Source of the DNA: Escherichia phage HK6
Sequence record: PP724615.1
DNA length: 64,000 bases
Strand: one strand, 5' to 3'
Below, piece by piece: positions 1-7,362 of the stretch. Within the stretch, counting starts at the first letter, position 1. Every line of letters starts with the position of its first letter. A model generated the notes under the pieces. The model saw nothing but the letters and a program-made list of their open reading frames with translations. It searched no databases and was not told the origin of the DNA. The translations under genes and the position numbers were made by a program.

Positions 1-258
1 GCTTTAAAAGTTTAGAAGTTTGAGTTCTTTAAACTTTTTAGCTTTCATACTTAAATGTTGATCTTTGAAGTTGTGTCGGTAATATCAACGACGCTTTGTT
101 TTTACGTGTCAGATTAAATGTCTGATGTAATAAACATAATCTCCAATAGATTATACTTTATAGTATGGTCAGCGGTCTTATTTAACCTCGTATTTCAACC
201 GCTGCTGCGAGGTAAGATGCTTGGGCTTTCGTCTACCGATTTACTAGCTTTTAAATTA

Positions 259-897
259 TTACTCTACTTCAATGAAGGTAGAGGCGTTAGACTCGGACAG
301 AACAAAGTCAACATTTGTTGCAAAGTCCTGGTATTCCTCGTCATGCTGCTTAATCAGCTTTTCCAGTTCCAGCGGGTCAATCAAGAATGGAGTATTCTTG
401 AGTTCCAGCAGGTTGAGCTGCATTTTAACTTCATCTTCGGAAGTTTTCTTATCGCGGGTAGCCATGCTATCCTGCAAACGCTCATATTTAGCATCAAACT
501 GTGCTTTCTGCGTATTAAACTTAACCGTAGCGGCATGGAACTGCTTACGCATGTTAGCCAGCAGTTGAGCTTTAAGTTCCATAGAACGCTTAGCTTCAAT
601 TGCTTCCGCAACAGTCATCTTACGAGAGCCAATCTCAACGACTGTTTCCGCATTGCTTTTAATCAGAGCAGCTTTGATACGATCACGCTGGGACATCATA
701 TCCAGGAGAGATTGGAAATCTGCCTTAATACGAGCAGACAGATCGTCTACTTCGATTGCAGCGCCAACTACAACCTTATTTTTATCCTTACCTTCACCAA
801 CAGCGATCAGAAGCTGTTGTTCAGTAGCTTTACGAATTTTAGCTTCCAGAGATTTGATAGTTGCCAGAGCGCGAGTTTTAGAGATACGAGTAGTCAT
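259..897 (-). CDS. hypothetical coiled-coil protein
   Basis: 212-aa ORF with charged, helical-looking composition; overlapping plus-strand 270-aa ORF (118-930) is low-complexity and judged a shadow frame. Confidence 0.45.
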   Translation of the reverse strand: MTTRISKTRALATIKSLEAKIRKATEQQLLIAVGEGKDKNKVVVGAAIEVDDLSARIKADFQSLLDMMSQRDRIKAALIKSNAETVVEIGSRKMTVAEAIEAKRSMELKAQLLANMRKQFHAATVKFNTQKAQFDAKYERLQDSMATRDKKTSEDEVKMQLNLLELKNTPFLIDPLELEKLIKQHDEEYQDFATNVDFVLSESNASTFIEVE

Positions 898-950
898 TAT
901 TTGCTTCCTTATATGAAGTTTGAGATTTGAATTTGTTTAAATTTGGTCTA

Positions 951-1133
951 TTACAGACCAATTGCCAGCAGAGTGCGCAGAACAGTATCATTACTGTTAT
1001 CAATTTTAGGATTAGCACGATTTAGCAGATCAAAGATTTTCTGGATACCTGATTGACGTTCAGCCATACGACGGATACCCAGATTACGAGTAGCTTTCTT
1101 ACCATTTTTACGAACATTTTTAGATACTGGCAT
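951..1133 (-). CDS. small basic hypothetical protein
   Basis: 60-aa ORF downstream of a minus-strand sigma70-like promoter at 1174-1203. Confidence 0.4.
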   Translation of the reverse strand: MPVSKNVRKNGKKATRNLGIRRMAERQSGIQKIFDLLNRANPKIDNSNDTVLRTLLAIGL

Positions 1134-1173
1134 ATTTGTTTTCCTTTTATTGTTTTCTCAAATTTATGAATAT

Positions 1174-1203
1174 ATTATACAGAATTTTGGAGCCGGAAGC
1201 AAA
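1174..1203 (-). promoter_or_regulatory. sigma70-type promoter (minus strand)
   Basis: Reverse complement reads TTGCTT, 18 bp, TATAAT then ATATTCATAAATTTGAGAAAAC. Confidence 0.55.
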
Positions 1204-1905
1204 TCAAATTTTCATTTTTTCGATCATAGCTGCAACACAATAGCTCTCAACTAAGGCATCGAATGCTGGATCATGTTTAACCGGATAGATCCCATAACGA
1301 ATAGTGTCCATTTTCTCCATTTTAGCGGTTGCCCAGCTAATACCTTCAGCCTCTAGCTCTTTGTAACTATATCCAGCTTGCATCCAGAGATTACGAAGAG
1401 ATCGAACATTGCCCAAATTCCAGAATTTCCACGGAACTACCTCTTCATTGGTTCCAGCATGGAAAGTGTTTGCAGAGTAGATAGTCATATCAAACTCTGG
1501 GCCATTGCCATAATACAAAGCATTATCGCCTAGAGCCAACTCCATAATATTTTGAGCCATAGAGTAGGCAGCATAGTTAGAGCCGAGTTTATTAGTACAA
1601 TGATGTTTACCGTTTTGGAATGCAATCAGCTTTGGATTACGCTCGTTCATAGCTTGCATAATGTGGATAGCAGACGGACTGTCTTTAGCTTGATCCATCC
1701 AGAATGCTAGAGTAGATGCTGTAACTTTGGCACCAGAATTAAGCTGATCCTGCACATCCAAAGTAACAAATACTAGATCAGGGTCTTTATCAATTCCATG
1801 CATAGCCACAAAAGCGAATGAAGGCATTGCGATATGAGTAGTACCACAATCTCCCGGAGTTCCCAGAGATTCAATATCTAGCATACCAAATGGTTTTACT
1901 TTCAT
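1204..1905 (-). CDS. DEDDh-type 3'-5' exonuclease (DexA-like)
   Basis: Exo I-like motif LDIESLG near N-terminus, PWKFWN segment and C-terminal H-x-A-x-D motif (KHDPAFDALVESY) as in DnaQ/T4 DexA-type exonucleases. Confidence 0.6.
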   Translation of the reverse strand: MKVKPFGMLDIESLGTPGDCGTTHIAMPSFAFVAMHGIDKDPDLVFVTLDVQDQLNSGAKVTASTLAFWMDQAKDSPSAIHIMQAMNERNPKLIAFQNGKHHCTNKLGSNYAAYSMAQNIMELALGDNALYYGNGPEFDMTIYSANTFHAGTNEEVVPWKFWNLGNVRSLRNLWMQAGYSYKELEAEGISWATAKMEKMDTIRYGIYPVKHDPAFDALVESYCVAAMIEKMKI

Positions 1906-1933
1906 AACTTATCCTTTATTGTGTAGAAAACTA

Positions 1934-2170
1934 TTAAAGAGCTGTCTCTTTAATAGACTCCCACTTCTTGGGGTCTTTAAAACCAGGAAGCATATCCTCA
2001 CTGACATCCCAGTTCTCTTCCATAGAGAAGTCGGGCCATTCATTCCAGCTACCTTCCAGCTCTTCATAACAGGTGTCCATTACCTCATGACTAGAAAGTC
2101 GTGTATAATCTCTAGCGGACTTATGAGTGCTAGCACGGTTAAAATCATTCTTTACTACAAAATTACGCAT
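1934..2170 (-). CDS. small acidic hypothetical protein
   Basis: 78-aa ORF rich in Asp/Glu/Trp (EELEGSWNEWPDFSMEENWDVSEDM). Confidence 0.4.
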   Translation of the reverse strand: MRNFVVKNDFNRASTHKSARDYTRLSSHEVMDTCYEELEGSWNEWPDFSMEENWDVSEDMLPGFKDPKKWESIKETAL

Positions 2171-2211
2171 AGTTTCTCCAAATAAGAGGGGCTTTCGCCC
2201 CCTGATTTAAA

Positions 2212-2427
2212 TTACTTGCCCAGCAGTTTAAGGATATTTTCCATAATAGTTTGGGCAGATTTTTCACTCTTGTTGGTTTCAGCCAACTTTAAAGCTAGTT
2301 CTTCCTGCTGTTTCTGAATATCCGCAGCAATTTTTTGATCAGCCTCAATACGAGCTTGAAGCTCATCAGTGATAGTGGTAAAGGAAGCAACGATTTCAGT
2401 AACGGAACGTGGTTTCTTAGAGAACAT
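2212..2427 (-). CDS. small hypothetical protein (helical)
   Basis: 71-aa ORF flanked by GC-rich hairpins at 2186-2203 and 2467-2482. Confidence 0.4.
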   Translation of the reverse strand: MFSKKPRSVTEIVASFTTITDELQARIEADQKIAADIQKQQEELALKLAETNKSEKSAQTIMENILKLLGK

Positions 2428-2491
2428 AAAAAATATCCTTGATTAGTTAGAGAATTAGTAGATTGTAGGGGCTTCTGCCCCTATTTATCTA

Positions 2492-3007
2492 TTACTTCGC
2501 TTTACGCTTGCGAGCTGGTTTAGCAGATTTACGGGCAGAATCACCCGTGAACTTAATGCCTACACCGTAACACAGAGCGCGAACGTTATCTTTACTATAC
2601 TCTACGCCAAAGATATTTGGCTTAACAGAACCAAACTGTCCACGAGCATCACGTAGTACGTCTGCCGTTGGTTTACGCTTCTGGTTAACTGCTTTCTCAT
2701 AGTCTTTCATAGCCATGCCATTACGAGAGAACAATTCAGCCCCAGCGTTGAAGCTCAGGGAAACTGGGACAGATTTGTGGCCGTAATTTTCTACATACAT
2801 AACCATTTTGTAGGATTTACGGGTGGCATTTTTAGCTTTAGGCTTCTGACGAATCGGAGCCGGATTATTCAGTGCTTGTGCAGCCTGAGCATCGGTAGGA
2901 TGCTTACGCAGGTGGCGTTCCAGACGAGCTTTGCGATTAGCCTCGGTCTGCGGGAAAGTTTTAACTGCCGGAGCTGCTTGAGTTTTTGCGTTTTTCTGCT
3001 TAGCCAT
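2492..3007 (-). CDS. basic Lys/Arg-rich protein, possible abundant nucleic-acid-binding protein
   Basis: 171 aa, strongly basic N- and C-termini; host-optimal codons (CGT, CTG, GGT, AAA); consensus promoter 3046-3074 just upstream on minus strand. Confidence 0.5.
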   Translation of the reverse strand: MAKQKNAKTQAAPAVKTFPQTEANRKARLERHLRKHPTDAQAAQALNNPAPIRQKPKAKNATRKSYKMVMYVENYGHKSVPVSLSFNAGAELFSRNGMAMKDYEKAVNQKRKPTADVLRDARGQFGSVKPNIFGVEYSKDNVRALCYGVGIKFTGDSARKSAKPARKRKAK

Positions 3008-3045
3008 TATTTGTTTTCCTTTTTGTTTATCAATTTATGAAGTAT

Positions 3046-3074
3046 ATTATACGAGAATTTGAAGCGTTTAGCAA
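3046..3074 (-). promoter_or_regulatory. sigma70-type promoter (minus strand)
   Basis: Reverse complement reads TTGCTA, 17 bp, TATAAT then ATACTTCATAAATTGATAAAC. Confidence 0.55.
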
Positions 3075-3082
3075 ATGAATTT

Positions 3083-3532
3083 TTAATTTATTAACTGTAA
3101 GCTTCTTTTAATTTCAGACCTTACCTGCATCAAAAGAACTCCTAAAGTATTATCCCCGATGCCTCGGCAAACACCCCAATATGTATCTCCCCAGGTATTT
3201 CCTTCGATCAAAGTTGCATTTTTTGTTGCTAACAGTTTGTCCCTCAAATCAGGGATTGCAAACTTTAACCGTAAAAGCTCTAGCATTACATCATCTTTTA
3301 CCTTATCCCAGTCAGAGCGCAGAGTTAATTTACGTCCTCTACGTTTGGCAACACCTGCATTTAGGGAGCGCAGTACATGAGCTACATCATCTTTTTGGTC
3401 GGATTTCATAGCCTGAAAAGCATGTTCTACAGTATCAGCATGCCATATTTCATTCAGATATTCAAAAGTAATTGGTGATAAATAAAAGTTTGATAAGAAA
3501 CTATAAGCACCTTTAAATTCAGTAATCTTCAT
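3083..3532 (-). CDS. NADAR / YbiA (DUF1768) family protein
   Basis: Recognisable alignment to E. coli YbiA from memory: FLSNF...EHAFQAMK, SDWDKVKDDVMLELLRLKF, EGNTWGDTYWG, GDNTLGVLLMQVR. Confidence 0.75.
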   Translation of the reverse strand: MKITEFKGAYSFLSNFYLSPITFEYLNEIWHADTVEHAFQAMKSDQKDDVAHVLRSLNAGVAKRRGRKLTLRSDWDKVKDDVMLELLRLKFAIPDLRDKLLATKNATLIEGNTWGDTYWGVCRGIGDNTLGVLLMQVRSEIKRSLQLIN

Positions 3533-3813
3533 TTTTTACGCCCCGCATCTTTAGCCTCTTCGGCTGTATAGATATACTGATAAGCCCCTTTGGAGTATGC
3601 TGGAGCAGTACACATTTTCTTACGCTCAATCTCTTCTTGAGCTTTTCTTTCGCGTTCAGCTAATTCTTCGTCCAGATAAACTAAACGTTGTTCTGGAGGG
3701 GGTGGAAGACGTGTTTCTGGCTCACCAATATTAGCCTTTCTTATTTGACGAGGTGATTGTGCGCGTTTTCTCAATGGTTTAAATCCTAATGAATTTGAGT
3801 TATAAATCCGCAT
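3529..3813 (-). CDS. hypothetical protein
   Basis: 94-aa ORF, stop/start overlap with flanking genes. Confidence 0.35.
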   Translation of the reverse strand: MRIYNSNSLGFKPLRKRAQSPRQIRKANIGEPETRLPPPPEQRLVYLDEELAERERKAQEEIERKKMCTAPAYSKGAYQYIYTAEEAKDAGRKK

Positions 3814-3890
3814 AAAGCCCTCCTCACTTTCAATACGAATATTATACTAAATTAGAGGGCTTTAAGCAAGAGAATTTTTCAATTTATTTA

Positions 3891-4379
3891 TCACATCTCA
3901 GCCATTTCAGCTTCAGTAATAACTGTATTACATAAGGCATCTACAGCTTCATTACCACTAATACCAGAATGTCCTTTAACCTTAATAAAGGTAGGGTTAG
4001 TATTATGAAAGTTGATATACTGCTGTGTTAATTTAAATGCTTCCTGCCAAAGTTCTAGATTAAGAGGAACTTCACCATCTGCTTTCTTCCAGCCTTTCCT
4101 TTGCCAAGAAAACATCCAACTTTCCATGCCATTTTTGCAATAAGCAGAGTCAGTATAGATAGCAATTGGTCTATTATCTTTTTTAACAGACCAACGTAGA
4201 GCTTCTACGATAGCTGTGAGTTCCATCTCATTATTTGTAGTTTTAGGATTATAACCAGATTTAGAACCTAAACGATCGTAGTTATCATCATAGACAATAA
4301 AACCCCAAGCACCTGGACCTGGGTTAGACTTACAAGCACCATCTGTGTAAATGTGGAAAACCGACATTATACCTCCCAA
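3891..4379 (-). CDS. rnh: ribonuclease H (RNase HI family)
   Basis: YTDGAC..NPGPGAWG, EMELTA, YTDSAY, KGHSG..NEAVDAL motifs. Track start is a TTG; more likely start is ATG at 4367 preceded by GGAGG and overlapping the upstream stop by 1 nt. Confidence 0.8.
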   Translation of the reverse strand: MGGIMSVFHIYTDGACKSNPGPGAWGFIVYDDNYDRLGSKSGYNPKTTNNEMELTAIVEALRWSVKKDNRPIAIYTDSAYCKNGMESWMFSWQRKGWKKADGEVPLNLELWQEAFKLTQQYINFHNTNPTFIKVKGHSGISGNEAVDALCNTVITEAEMAEM

Positions 4380-4648
4380 CTAATTTTAAGACCCATGTCT
4401 ACAAAGGCGGCTTCTCGGTAGTATTGTGAGAGATGATACCCCTTATCCGATAAGGTTTTTAGTACCGATTTAGCTGCTCCTGGCATTTCTCTAGGATTAT
4501 ATAGCCACCTAGCGTAAGGATTATCTCGAATAATTACTTCTGTATTTCCAGACTTAGCAGCTTCTACAATCTTTTCTTCTATAAACTTTAGAAATGCAGG
4601 TACTTCTGTTAACCCTGCAAGTTCTTGAGCTTCTTTGGCTGAAATCAT
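4367..4648 (-). CDS. hypothetical protein
   Basis: 93-aa ORF with GGAGG RBS and consensus promoter 4674-4702 upstream. Confidence 0.4.
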   Translation of the reverse strand: MISAKEAQELAGLTEVPAFLKFIEEKIVEAAKSGNTEVIIRDNPYARWLYNPREMPGAAKSVLKTLSDKGYHLSQYYREAAFVDMGLKISWEV

Positions 4649-4673
4649 TATATACCTCCAATTTATAAAATAT

Positions 4674-4702
4674 ATTATATTTAAATTTCACTAAATAAGC
4701 AA
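4674..4702 (-). promoter_or_regulatory. sigma70-type promoter (minus strand)
   Basis: Reverse complement reads TTGCTT, 17 bp, TATAAT then ATATTTTATAAATTGGAGGTATA. Confidence 0.55.
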
Positions 4703-4720
4703 ATGAAATTTAAATATAAT

Positions 4721-4735
4721 AGCCCCGAAGGGCTA
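4721..4735 (-). terminator. rho-independent terminator after thyA
   Basis: AGCCCC-GAAG-GGGCT hairpin; T-rich on minus strand downstream. Confidence 0.6.
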
Positions 4736-4741
4736 CTTAAG

Positions 4742-5581
4742 TTAAGAGGACATTTTAGCTTTAAGAGCTGGATGTGGATCATATCCTTCAAGTTGGAAGG
4801 ACCAAGCCGCAGTATTATTCTCTAATAAATCATAGAGATCTACAAATTCTGGCATTACTAGAGTTGGCAAAGGACGTGGTTTGCGTTTCATTTGCTCCTC
4901 TACTTGCTCTATATGATCACTGTAAATATGTGTATCTCCACCACTAAAGATGAGATAACGAGGTTTTAATCCAGTCAGTTTTGCCAGGATATGTGTTAAT
5001 AAAGCATAGCTAGCAATATTGAAAGGCAGACCTAGAAAACAGTCTACAGAACGTTGTGTCCATTTAAGGTCTAAGTATCCATCATTACTTACGTAACATT
5101 GAAAACCATAGTGACATGGTGGTAATGCCATCTTATCCAGTTCAGCTACGTTCCATGCGGATACTAGGTGTCTACGACCGTGTGGATTATTCTTGAGACC
5201 CTCAATGAGTTCTAGGATCTGATCTCGTCCACCAAAGTTACGCCATTGTTTACCATATACTGGCCCTAGATTACCATTGTCATATCCCATACTTATGGCT
5301 TGGTCTTCATAATTTGGAGTCCAGATGGTCCACTGTCCTTCGTCACGCCCAAATGTGAATACTCGCAGATCATGGAGATTTGTAGATCCAGATAAAAACC
5401 ATAAGAGTTCTCCAACTACCGACTTCCAAGCTAGACGTTTTGTAGTTACAGCTGGAAATCCCTCACGTAAATCGAACTTAGCATAGGAATCAAAAATTGA
5501 AACTGTGCCTGTTCCTGTACGGTCGTTACGTGGTTCACCTAGTAGAATTACATCTGTTAGAATTTTTAAATATTGTTGCAT
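4742..5581 (-). CDS. thyA: thymidylate synthase
   Basis: PRNDRTGTGT and LPPCHYGFQCYV (active-site Cys) motifs; ~279 aa. Confidence 0.9.
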   Translation of the reverse strand: MQQYLKILTDVILLGEPRNDRTGTGTVSIFDSYAKFDLREGFPAVTTKRLAWKSVVGELLWFLSGSTNLHDLRVFTFGRDEGQWTIWTPNYEDQAISMGYDNGNLGPVYGKQWRNFGGRDQILELIEGLKNNPHGRRHLVSAWNVAELDKMALPPCHYGFQCYVSNDGYLDLKWTQRSVDCFLGLPFNIASYALLTHILAKLTGLKPRYLIFSGGDTHIYSDHIEQVEEQMKRKPRPLPTLVMPEFVDLYDLLENNTAAWSFQLEGYDPHPALKAKMSS

Positions 5582-6114
5582 TAATAAGTAACCAATTCCT
5601 GTACAAATCGCAGGCTGTTATCACTGTTTGCGCCAGTTGCGTAAACTAAACGAGTAGATTCATAGTTGTAATCTAGAATCGTATTATCCAGATGTACATC
5701 TGCCTCTAGTTTTTGATTACTAAAGATTGTTGATACAAAAGCACTTTCAATATGTCCATGAATATACATTTCGTACAGTAATGTTGCACCGCCTAAAACC
5801 ACTGTCTGTTGATCTTTTAAGAATGTGGGTAATGTATCTCCAATCTTTGAAATTGGGGTATAGATACCATGTTTAATATCATCAGGCAGAGGACGATCCG
5901 CACGAATAAAGAGATCAGATTCTCCAATCATACGTTGCCGAACAACTTCTGGAAGTGCTAAATAAGTACCCGCACCAATGATGATGTTATCTGGATTCAA
6001 CACGTCCAGTTGAGAATAGAAAGCATCTAGTTCTTCTTTGAAGGAACCCCAGGGGAGTTTACCTCGGAGGCCGAACTCTCCATTCGGCCCAACTGCATAT
6101 ATTGCTGTAATCAT
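5581..6114 (-). CDS. frd: dihydrofolate reductase
   Basis: N-terminal IYAVGPNGEFG..GKLPW and VVLGGATLLYE motifs; start overlaps thyA-proximal gene (ATGA-type coupling); classic thyA-frd-nrd arrangement. Confidence 0.7.
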   Translation of the reverse strand: MITAIYAVGPNGEFGLRGKLPWGSFKEELDAFYSQLDVLNPDNIIIGAGTYLALPEVVRQRMIGESDLFIRADRPLPDDIKHGIYTPISKIGDTLPTFLKDQQTVVLGGATLLYEMYIHGHIESAFVSTIFSNQKLEADVHLDNTILDYNYESTRLVYATGANSDNSLRFVQELVTY

Positions 6115-7256
6115 AAGAAATCTCCAAATTCATTACCCAGATCTTTCAGAGTATCCGTAGAGGTCTCAGTTACCTGACCTACACGGTAGGCTGCACCAAT
6201 CTGGATTTCTTGTGGAGCAGGCTGTAAAGAAGTAGTATCCAACCAGTTCATGATCCACGGAATAGGGTTTTTGGTGATTACTGGTAAATGACTAGGCCAT
6301 TCTACACCAATGTGCATGAACGCATTACGCCCTACAAAATATAGGTACTCTTCTAGAAGTTCTGCGTTCAAACCAATCAGACTACGACCTTTGAAAATGA
6401 AATGACCCCATTCAATTTCAGTTTTCAGAGTTTTCAGGAGCTGTGCTGGTGCTTTAGCCACTGCTTCATCTACCAGATCTTTGTCAAACTGCTGGAACAT
6501 AATCTGGATGATTGCTTTAGACATCTGAGTGTGTAGAGCTTCATCTTTAGCGATTAATTGCAGATTTTTAGCAATACCTTGCAGAATATCGTTCTCTGCT
6601 AATGCAAAGGTACATGCAAAGGATGCGTAAAACTGCATTGCTTCCAGACCGTAGATCGCAAAGTAAGCATCTAATAGCTTAGCCTGAGTTTCACGTTTAA
6701 CTTCAGGGAACTCAGTTTCTGGATATGTATTGTCTCCACGATGATCGCGTACTGCGATGAAATACTGACCTAACTGGTACAGTTCATCGAATAGTTCAAC
6801 AGAATCAGCGATGCGTGCGAATGCTTCTTGGTTTTTGGTTACAGAATCAATAAATTCTGCTGGATCAGTCAGCACATTACGAATAATATTGCTATAAGCA
6901 CGACTATGCAGGTCTTCAAAATAGCTCCACTGTTTGAGCATACCTTCCAATTCTGGACGACTTACAAGGGGCATAATAGCTGCTTCAGGAGCACGACTAA
7001 TAAAGGAGTCTGTTTGAGTCTGCCATGCTAAGTTCAGGAGTGTAATTTCCTGAATTTCCCGTGGGAGATTAGGCCATTGTTTCTTATCTGCTTCCAGACT
7101 GATTTCAGTTTCAGTCCAAAATTGAGAGCGTTGCAGGAGTGCCAGACGTTCTAGTTCTGGATGTGCTACACGTACATAATCTGCGATACCGAGAGAATCT
7201 CCCAGGAAAAGGTCAGCGTTAGTATGATCCCAATTCAGGTTTAGTAAAGTAGTCAT
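6111..7256 (-). CDS. nrdB: ribonucleotide reductase class I small (beta) subunit
   Basis: 381-aa ORF with ferritin-like di-iron protein features, immediately downstream of nrdA; own promoter 7288-7316. Confidence 0.8.
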   Translation of the reverse strand: MTTLLNLNWDHTNADLFLGDSLGIADYVRVAHPELERLALLQRSQFWTETEISLEADKKQWPNLPREIQEITLLNLAWQTQTDSFISRAPEAAIMPLVSRPELEGMLKQWSYFEDLHSRAYSNIIRNVLTDPAEFIDSVTKNQEAFARIADSVELFDELYQLGQYFIAVRDHRGDNTYPETEFPEVKRETQAKLLDAYFAIYGLEAMQFYASFACTFALAENDILQGIAKNLQLIAKDEALHTQMSKAIIQIMFQQFDKDLVDEAVAKAPAQLLKTLKTEIEWGHFIFKGRSLIGLNAELLEEYLYFVGRNAFMHIGVEWPSHLPVITKNPIPWIMNWLDTTSLQPAPQEIQIGAAYRVGQVTETSTDTLKDLGNEFGDFL

Positions 7257-7287
7257 TGATTTTCCTCTTTCTCACTATTTCAGGAAT

Positions 7288-7316
7288 ATTATAGCAAATC
7301 TGATAGCGATTAGCAA
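7288..7316 (-). promoter_or_regulatory. sigma70-type promoter for nrdB
   Basis: Reverse complement reads TTGCTA, 17 bp, TATAAT. Confidence 0.55.
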
Positions 7317-7333
7317 GTAAAATTTCAAAGAAA

Positions 7334-7362
7334 AAGGAGACCCGAAGATCTCCTTGTTTTTA
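7334..7362 (-). terminator. terminator hairpin between nrdA and nrdB
   Basis: GGAGA-CCCGAAGA-TCTCC hairpin 8 nt after nrdA stop, T-runs on both strands. Confidence 0.6.

Noticed and set aside
118-930. 270-aa plus-strand ORF at the left end
   Set aside because: Low-complexity Leu/Phe-rich translation with no motifs; it fully overlaps a better minus-strand ORF (259-897) in a region where all neighbours are on the minus strand. Judged a shadow frame.
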